From Lepidodermella squamata (lineage: Eukaryota > Animalia > Gastrotricha): a stretch of DNA of 64,000 nucleotides. Position 1 is the stretch's first letter. Every line of letters starts with the position of its first letter. The DNA lies in NCBI GenBank assembly GCA_047495785.1, contig JBLDXI010000031.1, forward strand, positions 496,001 through 560,000. Reading direction: 5' to 3'. The position numbers and the translations under genes are program-made. Under the pieces are notes generated by a model that did not search any database, was not told the origin of the DNA, and saw only the letters and a program-made list of their open reading frames with translations. Shown one piece after another: positions 25,871-35,176 of this stretch.

Positions 25871-25887
25871 CTAAGTGTATCCTTCCG
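25871..25887 (-). promoter_or_regulatory. Conserved upstream motif of GPCR A1 (CGGAAGGATACACTTAG on the sense strand)
   Basis: Same 17-mer lies 190-240 bp upstream of all three paralogous GPCR start codons. Confidence 0.55.
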
Positions 25888-26231
25888 GGCAAGATGTGTT
25901 TGAGCAGGTTCTTTGGAGAAAAATTAGTTCAAAGCTGGGTTCGCGGACTCGCATTTTGTCGCGCGTGGGCTGGAAAAAGTGTACCATCATTCATCATTCC
26001 ATCAACGTTGGTGGGAAGTTTTGGGGTGCCAAACCCACTTTTCGTGGGAAATGTGGGGGAAACCAGCGGACGGTACTTTGACCGCGAAGCGAGAAGATTT
26101 GTAGGAAATAATTGCTTTTCACATAGGAAATCAAGCCTAAAATGACACATTTCAGGCTCCAGAGTGGGGAATCCGGCGGCATGATTCTCGGGAATAGTTT
26201 CCTATCGCTAAAACTAAGAGATAATGTTTAT

Positions 26232-26417
26232 CAAATAAAAGTGGGAAAGTGGGAAATACAACTTTTGAACGCTGGGGAGTTTTTGAAAACGAATTTTTGA
26301 AAACGCGCAAATTTTCATGCTAGCCTAACTTTTTACGCCGATTCAGAATATCTGATTCGTTTTCAAAAACTCCCCAGCGTTCAAAAGTTGTATTTCCCAC
26401 TTTCCCACTTTTATTTG
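26232..26417. repeat. Perfect 63-bp inverted repeat (foldback/MITE)
   Basis: 26232-26294 is the reverse complement of 26355-26417, with a 60-nt spacer. Confidence 0.9.
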
Positions 26418-26550
26418 GGAAGAGGGCAGAAGTTTCAAGAGGGGGCGCGTTATTATGGGAAGAGGGAGCGCAATAACAAATTTTGTTTGATAACTGAAAA
26501 AAACGTCGAGTTCTTGTCGAGCAGCGGTTTATTATTGAAAATTATATATA

Positions 26551-26687
26551 ATATACGGAAGACAAGAAGGGTATATGGGTTTATAATCGCCTGAAGGCTT
26601 ATATTTCGGCCTGAGGCGCAGCCGAAGGACGAAATATCAGCCTGAAGGCGATTTTAAACCCATATAACCTGATTGGCTTCCGTATAT
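26551..26687. repeat. Imperfect long palindrome
   Basis: ATATACGGAAG...TATATGGGTTTATAATCGCC..ATATTTCG pairs with CGAAATAT..GGCGATTTTAAACCCATATA...CTTCCGTATAT. Confidence 0.75.
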
Positions 26688-26692
26688 GTGTG

Positions 26693-27661
26693 TTATCCGG
26701 GTCGTATCGTAAAATTTTCAAGGTTAATAGTATTGTATGGTACGCTCTCGCTGAATTTCTATTGCTATAATTTGAAATTAAAAAATCCAACTTAAAAAAA
26801 ATCATGAAATTTGTTGCTTGCTCATTTTATTCTCGCATTCTTCATTTTGCGAGTTTTTGGTTTGTTTTTCACATCGAATTTCCCGCATTTCTCGCATGCT
26901 TAACAAATTGCTGCTACTGAATCACAAAATTGGGCTATCGGACGCATCTGCTATCTGCTCGGTTGGTTTCGGATGGCTGCGACTTTCTAACGACCCTTCG
27001 ACTTGAACGAAAGGCTGCTATTTTCCATGGTGTCAGGAATCGCTCGATTTTCGAACCATGCCGTTCTGTATCTTCTTGCTTTCAATTTCGCAATCGATGC
27101 CCTGTTGCGATTTCTCGGATTCTGGGATCCAAGGCTGCCTGAGCTGTCTTCGATTTCATCGAAAGCTGGCCGATTGTTGCTAGATCCCCCGCGACATCCT
27201 GGACGAATTCTGCTCATTTGTCGCGAATTTCCGGACGAATTCTGCTCAATTTTCGCGAAATTCTGGACTAGTTCTGCCCGATTTTGCGAATCTCTGGACG
27301 AGTTCTGCCCGATTTTCACGAGCTCATGGCCAAGTGATGTTCGATGGGGGTGAATGCTGCCCGATTTGACACCGGTCGCGCGCTTTTTCTTCCATAATTC
27401 TGCCAAATTTTCACCCCATTTTGTGATTTTCAATAAAATCGTTTTGAAGTGTTGCTTGAACTTTTTTGGGTGTCTCTTGTGTGTTTGACAAGTGGGGTTT
27501 TTGGTGATATTTTCTGGACAAGCGGGCATTTTTTGATATAAAAATATCAAAAAATCCCTGCCTGTTTAGAAAATATCAAAACAATCCCTGCTTGGAAGAA
27601 GGTTTTATGAGTTTATAATTCGGCCATTAAGAAGGCATATTTTACGATACGATCCGGATAA
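26693..27661. mobile_element. Segment bounded by 22-bp inverted repeats, with an internal ~32-bp minisatellite (27199-27322)
   Basis: TTATCCGGGTCGTATCGTAAAA / TTTTACGATACGATCCGGATAA match 21/22. Four tandem units of CTGGACGAATTCTGCTCA..TT.GCGAA-like sequence inside. Confidence 0.6.
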
Positions 27662-28467
27662 TATAAATTTAGACAACGTTTGATACTAACTTGCAATTTC
27701 AAGTCACATACATTTTTTATGCGGCTATAACGAATGAATATATTGTGGCGATGTTTGATCATGATTGCGAATCAGCATGTTGATCTTGGCAATAGGAAGT
27801 GACAGTGTGGGAAAATCACCGCGCACAGTCCAAATATTCACGAAATGCAAGTAAATAGACTATTTACCGGTTTAGCAGAAAGTGGGAAATTTTGGAAATT
27901 TTTATGTTCGTTTTGGTGGGAAGAAAAACACTGCGCGAAAAACTTGCCAGCCCTGCGCGTGTCCCTAGTGCCATGGGAGACAAAACCTTAGGGTGTTCAC
28001 GGATTCAACTAGCGACAGAAAAATAAATGGATTTTGTCGCGGGCTCGCCACCAAGAGTTCTGGTTACGAACGAAGCCTTCTCCCCACCAGGATACTAAGC
28101 GTTATATTGGTCATTTACTAGTCATTTTGGCAAATGCAGCACAAAATATTTTCCTATTCCTGGCAGCACATGGATGCAAGATCGCACCTTGATTTAATTT
28201 GTTGCTGGGCCTTGCCGATGACCGATGACGAGAAAATAAAACGATCGAAATTTGAAACCGTTAGTAGCAATATAGTGCTATTCTACCATCAAATTATCTG
28301 ATCAATTCATTCAATTCGTTCGATCTTTGTAAAAAAAAACCACGGCTTGATTAACGGTCTCTTCATTTCATAACATATGGATCAATTTGAGGCAAGATTA
28401 AGAATTTACAAAAAAATGAAGATTTTATTGGAACGTTGACATCATATTACGGAAATCGCCGAGCCAT

Positions 28468-29433
28468 CTAACTCATTCGCCATTTGGTGCTCAAAACAGG
28501 GTAAAAACCAATAGTAAAACAAATGTAACTGTTGAGATCAGAAGCTCGAAAGATGCCGCAGCAGCTAGCTGATCGGACCAATTAGACAAGGTGCCAGTAA
28601 TCAAAACAGCAGCCGCTAGCATTGTTGTTGCATTTAAAACCGTTAGTTTCAGCAGGTTTACGTCAAGCTCATGACCCGGCGGTTTCTGGCAAGCTCTTGT
28701 TTCGTACAGCCTAACCATTGATAATACGAGCACGTGCACGATGTCCAAAACTGGGTCAAAACTAACAGCAGATTTAATAAAGATCTCGCGCATTGGATCA
28801 ATGTAGCCCTGCCAAATTGCTGTGACGATTACTGAGAAAATTATAAAACCAATCGGAAACAAAAGCCTTTTTCTTAGAGGGATGATGTTTTTTGACTTAA
28901 CAACCAGCCCGTTTTGTAGACTCTCCTGTGTCTGTGTTTTGACATTTGAAATCCGAGGCGTCGAAGCAATCGAAGCGCCACTTATTGACTTGTTCACGTA
29001 GTTCTGAGGTCCTTTTAGCTCGGCTCTCCAAATCCGCAGTGCTGGCCAGGGAACGACCGAAAAAAGTGCCGATGATCAAAGAAAACCCCAAAATCGGCAT
29101 TACAACAATCCAGGGACACAAGCTTGTTGAAAGCATTTGGAAAAGGACCGCAAAGTCAAGCAACCGACAACCGAATCCCATTAGAATAGAACAGGTGACG
29201 TCGAAATAGAAGCTGAAGTTTCGGAATTGGTATTTTAACTGTTTCCACATCACTTTTCCCATTAAAATGAGTTTCTCCATCGCTAATGATGCCGAAAGTA
29301 TCGATAGGGCAAGGATTGCTGAAAATTGAATCCCGCCAACAATTTCGATAACTTCAGATAGGTCTTTTGGTGGTTTTCCATTCAGCCATGTCGGTTGTTT
29401 TGGAGGTTGATAGAACGGTTCTATACCAACATT
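28468..29433 (-). pseudogene. 5'-truncated, frameshifted copy (B1) of GPCR B2, 7TM half only
   Basis: Colinear with 35177-36220 including the 3' flank. It has frameshifts and a deletion spanning ECL2/TM5, and homology stops abruptly at 29433. Confidence 0.88.
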
Positions 29434-29459
29434 ATATATAGCGATTATATATAGCTAAA

Positions 29460-29490
29460 TACAGGGTGTTTCATAAAAAACCGAACTCCT
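29460..29490 (+). mobile_element. Probable Tc1/mariner-type terminus at the duplication junction
   Basis: TA followed by CAGGGTGTTTCA, a typical mariner-family end. No matching second end seen in the window. Confidence 0.4.
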
Positions 29491-31346
29491 ATAAAAATGT
29501 ACTGCTGCTATCGATTTTGTGCACTAGCGCATTTTTTTCTCCAAAAATGCACCAAAACCGCACGGTCACCGCAAATTTTTCGCATTTCTCCGAGAGAAAG
29601 CCATGCGGTAGCGGCAACCAAAATAGCGGTGTTTCAGGCTCATTTTCTGTTATAGTGTGAGTTTTACACGGTGAAATCAAAATTCCTCTGGTGAATTTGT
29701 AAATGTTTTCACGATCTACATTTTCATCTACGGTTTATACGAAAATTCGTTAGTGACATTTCGTTAGGAGCTTCTCTGTTACCAACAATTCAATTTTTGT
29801 ATCAAAATCAGCTGACGAACTGCCATTTTTATTGATCTGATGGCCCCTATCAAACACGCCGCGACGAAGTCTGAAATCTGACCGTTCGCACTGGGAAGCA
29901 GACTGAAGCCTGTCCGCCCCGGGGTCTGCCCGGATTACGCTAAATTGAATACCGCAAGAGTGGACAGAGTGGACGCAGACAAGGGCAGTGTCAACCCGAG
30001 TGCGGCGGAGAGAAAAATAAGTAGGTCAGTGTATTTTTGTGCACGTCTAACTCCGCCGGGCTCGGCATGGTACCCGAGCGAAAAGAGCGATGGTCTTACG
30101 CACGGTTGTTGAGGTCCACGCCAGATTTAGGGGTTCCACACTAGGACAGTCCAAGTACGGCGAGAACCCAACGTTTTCGCCGTGCTCGGGCCGACACCTC
30201 GACTGGCACGTGTGCAGTTTTTCCTAAATCATTGTGCACGACATCGCGAGCTTTGCCATCGTAATAAGCTATAACGGTGTCACGAAAATACCGTAATCGG
30301 CCGATCACTCGCGTCTCATCGGCGAATTATTAAGCCGCAAATGCCCAGTGCATGCGAATCCGCACGGAGAGACATACATAAATTGCTCTCTTTGCGCTAT
30401 GGTTTTGGCAGATATCCGTATTCACGATATAAAATGACATTGTCCGCAGGGTTTCTCAATTTTGTGCTTGCAGTTTTTTGTTTGAGCGGAGGGTTTTCTA
30501 CAAGTAGGCCCACCCCAAGGATTATTAGGTGGATTATTTACCACAGGTAACTGACGTATAACCCATTGACCGCTAATAACACGGCGTCCATGCATTACAT
30601 CCACCGTTCTGAATACTGGATATTGAGTCATGGAAGAATGTCACTCGAGCTAAGCTGATTTGTGTCAAATCTACCATAGCCTTTACCAAGCACTGAAGGG
30701 TATGGGCAGTAACGGCATCCTGTTTTTCTCCCCTTCCGGTTTACCGATAGAGTGTATTTAGGCCATGATGCCTCAAAGCTTGTAGCCAGTAGCCGCGCCT
30801 TCTTAGAGTGATATCCTGGGTTCGATCCCCCGATTTTTGATCAGCCAGACTGGGTACGTCACTTTATAATACGAGATATGGATGCATTGCCGCAATTGCA
30901 CGTTCAAGTTAGCGATTGTTCGCGTCAAAGTTCCACGTTGACTTTTCCACGCCGCATGCGCTAGCGAGACAAGTAAGATCAGTCGACAGCCAATAAAGAG
31001 TGAAGCGGGTTTGGACGGAGTTTACAAGTTGTTTCAAAAGAGAAATTAGAGAAAATCAATATGCCGCCGTTACCTTCATTTATTTCCTATTCGAACATTT
31101 CACCGTCGTTTTACCGGTGATCTACTTTCAGTTTGCCTCAAAAGTCCAAAAAACCTAAGAAACCCCACACTCCCAGGTTAAATGCTACGAGGGAAAAGCA
31201 GGAAACGTTATTTTTCCACCGTGAAACTTATTCAATTTCCTATTGGAATAGTTGCTCAAATTTGCAGAACCTTTCACCGTCGTTTCACCGTTGATCTGCT
31301 CGCAGTTTACCTTAAAACTGCCAGATATATAGGAAAACGCAAACTT

Positions 31347-32005
31347 CAACTGTAGAACGAAAACTGTTGACAATGGATTGCTAAACTTCAAACTCAGAAA
31401 ATTACCCATACGACCATCTTTCATGCCATTCTCGATTCAAACAAAAAGAACAGGAAGAACTCTTTACAACTGAAGTTATTCTTCGTGAAATAAGCAGTTA
31501 GAACTGGACTAGATCTGGATGGTTACTCGATTCTGAACACCTGGTTGTCCAAAGCCACGGCGATGGCAGTTTTAGTGTCGAATTCAAACTATTCAGAGGT
31601 TCGGGCCGCATCTCAATGATGATTCCACTCATTTTTCTGCTGGCGACACTGCTTCCTTTCTCATCTTTGGTCGTGCACGCTGAATATCAGGAACGACAAA
31701 TACTATCTGCGATTTTCAGCCTTTTAAGCTGCCAATTGTTTTCCTTTTTCGGCCAAATGTTACCTCGGAATTCTTACTTGTATTCAATGGCTGAAATACA
31801 GTTGGTTACGAGTTTCGTGGTCGCAATCTACTCGGCTGTTTCATATTTCCTGTCTGGGGCGAGGTTTAGTAGAATGGAGTTTCAGCCTTGGCATAACATC
31901 AGGATTACAGGGACCAGACTTATGGACCTAGCACTTTGCGCCGCTTCACTTCTTGCTTTGACCATCACCAATTTTGTGTTACTTCACAAAATAATATCAC
32001 GATGA
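31347..32005 (+). pseudogene. 5'-truncated copy of the 21938-23209 pLGIC with a premature stop
   Basis: Near-identical to ~22552-23209. TCG changed to TAG at 31499-31501, and the signal peptide and N-terminal half are missing. Confidence 0.9.
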
Positions 32006-32105
32006 TGATTTAGAGCTCATTTAATTGTAGCTATTTACAACATATTATCATACGTTTTATTTTTAATTTTTCCTAACATTTACAAAAAAGTAAAACATTA
32101 ATGTA

Positions 32106-34490
32106 CTACAGATTTGGAGTTATTGGCCATTTAGTGGCCACAACAGGGTAGAAAACAATAGAAAATGTAACTGTTGAGATCAGAAGCTCGCAAGATGCCG
32201 TGGCAACTAGCTGATCGGACCAATTAGACATGGTGCCAACAATCAAAACTGCAGCCAATAGCATTGTTGCGGCATTAAAAACTGCTAATTTCAGAAGGTT
32301 TATATCAAGCTCGTGGCCAGGCGGTTTCTGGCAAGCTCTTGTTTCGTACAGCCGAATCATTGCTAAGATAATGAGCAAAATATTTCCTCCGGCGAAACAA
32401 GCCGTTCCAATCGTCAGATATTCGCTGTAGCAACGGGTTGAGACGTGCATCACATACATGTCCAAAACTGGGTCAAAACGAACGGGAGATTTGGTTACGA
32501 TCTGGCGCATTGGATCGATATAGCCCTGCCACATTGCGGTGACGATGGTTGATAACGTTAGAATTCCAATGGGGAAGCAGAGAGTTTTCCAAAAGATGGT
32601 GTTCTCTGATTGGACAGGCAAAACAACTTTTGAAGTCTCACGTTTTATGCGGTTATGCGGAATCCGGGACGTCGGAGGAGTCGAACTGTTAAAATTTGAC
32701 CTATTCACTGTTAGAACGCGTAGTTGTAAGGTTTCCTTCCCTCGGCTCTCTAAATCCGCAGCGGTAATCATGGAACGGATGAAAAGAGTTCCGATGATCA
32801 AAGAAATTCCCAAAATTGGCATTATAATGACCCATGGACAGGATCTTGTCGGCAGCATCTGGAAAAGGACTGATGAGTCGAGGCAAAGGCATCCTAATCC
32901 CAAAAATATGGAGCTTATAACGACGGTATTGGAGCTAGAGGACCGATTTTGATTTCTAAACATTTTCCACGTCATATGACTCATTAATATGAGTTTTGCT
33001 ATCATAAGTGGTGCGGAGAATACCGATAGCGTGACGATGGCTGAATTGCGGATTCCGTCATCGATTTCGATAACTTCTGATAGGTCTTTTGGTGGTTTTC
33101 CAGACCTCGTTAACCATGTCGGTAATTTTGGAGGCTGGTAAAACGGTTCGATGCCGACATTCGAGAAATTTGATGATGACCCATCGGGATCAGCCATAAA
33201 TACCTTGTACAAATGCCGAATCTCACCATCAATCCATTGAGAAATTGACACATTTTCGATATCAACCTCAAGCCGAGCGGAGAACCTGACGCGGCTAACT
33301 CGAACGGTCGGAATGTCTAATTCAAATGCTGATCGATTCACAATTTCGCGGACAACTTCCGGCGATGTAGCAAAATCACTCAGCGTCATGTTGTAGGCAT
33401 TCCTCAGGTGGTATTCGGATCGATTCAGAGCCGCAATTGTTATCTCCATAACGTCATGGCAAACCAAACGAGCGGGGTAGTCGCTGATTAAGTAGGCAGG
33501 TTTTCCGGCTACAGCACTTAGACGCGTTTCGAAATCGGACACGTTATATCCTAATATTCCGGCCCCTTTGTACAAATCCCCACCAACGATTCTAGTCAAA
33601 CCGACCCAGAAAACGTTCCGAAGTTGCATCGAGATGTCGGTTGGGTTGCACTCTTTCGGGTAGGGAAATACCTTGGGATCAGGATAGAAATAACAGGCAG
33701 TCATTACGATGAAAACGTAATTCGGATCACGCAATCCAGCTCTATACGTTTGGCAGAAGAGTCGCAAACAAAGTGGGCCTTGGCTAGTTGCTATAGCAAC
33801 GAAAAATACTCTCGTATTCGACGCCTTGATCGAATCGATGAAATCGGTTGTTGTATAATCGAGGTCAGCTATAGTAGCACCGATTTCAATGCCGTTCTGC
33901 TGGGCCATTGACGTGAACATTTTCGCGTAGCTGTAGTCTTCAAATCGTGTTGTTGTTATCAAACCAACCTTTCGCCATTTGCCAACATCGGTGATAAATT
34001 TCAAAACGGTAGCTAACCGATTTTCGGCAGGCATTTGGGGCCGGATGATTGAAAGAGATCGTTCTCTCGGCGCTAACATTTTGATTGTATCGCAAGCGTA
34101 AGTTATTTGCACCATGTTAAAGAATTTGACGATTGGCGCTGAAAAAACGCAATTCGCCTGCTGTCCGACGATAATTGGAGCCAACGGGGCGCTTTCGTTT
34201 GGATTCAACCTTTCCATTTCGGCAATTCGAGCGATCTTGGACGGCGGACCGACTGAGCCCAACAGTTCATCTTCGTCCTGGATAACTAATTTGTATCCTG
34301 GGATGGTGTCAGATCGGCGATTCGCTTCATTAACAGCCACTTGATACGAGGCTAGGCATACAGCCCCACCTACATTTGGAGTGCTTTTACTGACGAAGCC
34401 TATAATTCTCAACGTTTTAGTTTTAGGGATATTTATCACGTCGGCTGTTGAAAGGCCGATAATCAGAAAAAAATAGAACGATTTGTGCAT
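32106..34490 (-). CDS. Class C GPCR, GABA-B-like, copy A2, intronless
   Basis: Full-length paralog of A1 with the identical C-terminus ATKWPITPNL. ATG at 34490. Confidence 0.92.
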   Translation of the reverse strand: MHKSFYFFLIIGLSTADVINIPKTKTLRIIGFVSKSTPNVGGAVCLASYQVAVNEANRRSDTIPGYKLVIQDEDELLGSVGPPSKIARIAEMERLNPNESAPLAPIIVGQQANCVFSAPIVKFFNMVQITYACDTIKMLAPRERSLSIIRPQMPAENRLATVLKFITDVGKWRKVGLITTTRFEDYSYAKMFTSMAQQNGIEIGATIADLDYTTTDFIDSIKASNTRVFFVAIATSQGPLCLRLFCQTYRAGLRDPNYVFIVMTACYFYPDPKVFPYPKECNPTDISMQLRNVFWVGLTRIVGGDLYKGAGILGYNVSDFETRLSAVAGKPAYLISDYPARLVCHDVMEITIAALNRSEYHLRNAYNMTLSDFATSPEVVREIVNRSAFELDIPTVRVSRVRFSARLEVDIENVSISQWIDGEIRHLYKVFMADPDGSSSNFSNVGIEPFYQPPKLPTWLTRSGKPPKDLSEVIEIDDGIRNSAIVTLSVFSAPLMIAKLILMSHMTWKMFRNQNRSSSSNTVVISSIFLGLGCLCLDSSVLFQMLPTRSCPWVIIMPILGISLIIGTLFIRSMITAADLESRGKETLQLRVLTVNRSNFNSSTPPTSRIPHNRIKRETSKVVLPVQSENTIFWKTLCFPIGILTLSTIVTAMWQGYIDPMRQIVTKSPVRFDPVLDMYVMHVSTRCYSEYLTIGTACFAGGNILLIILAMIRLYETRACQKPPGHELDINLLKLAVFNAATMLLAAVLIVGTMSNWSDQLVATASCELLISTVTFSIVFYPVVATKWPITPNL

Positions 34491-34731
34491 CAAAATTGCT
34501 GAGCTGTGTCTGTGTTTGCCTCTATCTAAGGAGATCTCTATTGCGACTTTTTAATTCTGAAGCAAGAATATTACGTATTTGTAGTGCTCCAACTACCCAC
34601 CGCATTCTTCACTATTATATACATCACTTAATTATTACTTAGTCGCGTCCTGGTTCGCTTCGAGCTTCACATAGCTTATGTTACCTGCAAGCTTGCAATG
34701 CACAAAGTTGATTTTTTGTTCTCAGATGCTG

Positions 34732-34748
34732 CTGAGTGCATCCTTCCG
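34732..34748 (-). promoter_or_regulatory. Conserved upstream motif of GPCR A2
   Basis: CTGAGTGCATCCTTCCG, 15/17 match to the A1 and B2 motif. Confidence 0.5.
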
Positions 34749-34773
34749 AACGAGAGTGTGACTTTTTTCATCG

Positions 34774-34935
34774 TTGAGCATACTCGGGCTCATTTTCGAT
34801 GAAAAGCTCACTTGGAAGCCTCACATAGACCACGTCCTCCAACGGTGCGGGCGCAATTTTTCCTGGTTTCACGCGGTCGTGCATCGTCCGGGCCTGTCTC
34901 AGAGATGGCGCCGCGCTACATACCTTCCACTTGTC
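34774..34935 (+). mobile_element. Non-LTR retrotransposon fragment (RT thumb region)
   Basis: LGLIFDEKLTWKPHI...TYLPLVRS fits the LINE ORF2 motif LG.x.D.xL.W..HI ... Y...vRs. Confidence 0.7.
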
Positions 34936-35176
34936 CGCTCCATTGTTTCAAGCCGTTTCAAGCATTACAATGCTATTCTATAGCTGACCATCAAATTAGC
35001 TGAATAATTCATTCAATTTTCAACTCATTCGATTATAGTAAATACCACCGTTTCTTAACAGTCTCTTTATTTCATAACATGAATGTTTATGAATTTGAGG
35101 CAGGATAAAGAATTCACGTAACAAATGAAGATTTTATTGGAACGTTGACATCATATTACGGAAATCGCCGAGCCAT

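Larger units (their letters stand above)
25961..27958. mobile_element. Composite non-autonomous DNA-transposon-like insertion between GPCR A1 and the B1 fragment
   Basis: Absent from the paralogous A2-B2 spacer. Imperfect ends GCGCGTGGGCTGG / CCAGCCCTGCGC, repeated GTGGGAA near both ends, and nested inverted repeats. No TSD identified. Confidence 0.45.

Noticed and set aside
26987-27550. 187-aa ORF and the opposite-strand 116-aa ORF
   Set aside because: They arise from a minisatellite inside a repeat insertion and have no domain signature.
30030-30080. Telomerase RNA template region
   Set aside because: GTCTAACTC lacks a full CCCTAA-type template, and no pseudoknot could be assigned.
30781-30840. 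tRNA gene (GGTTCGATCCC B-box followed by a T-run)
   Set aside because: No acceptor or anticodon stems can be formed; at most a SINE or tRNA remnant.
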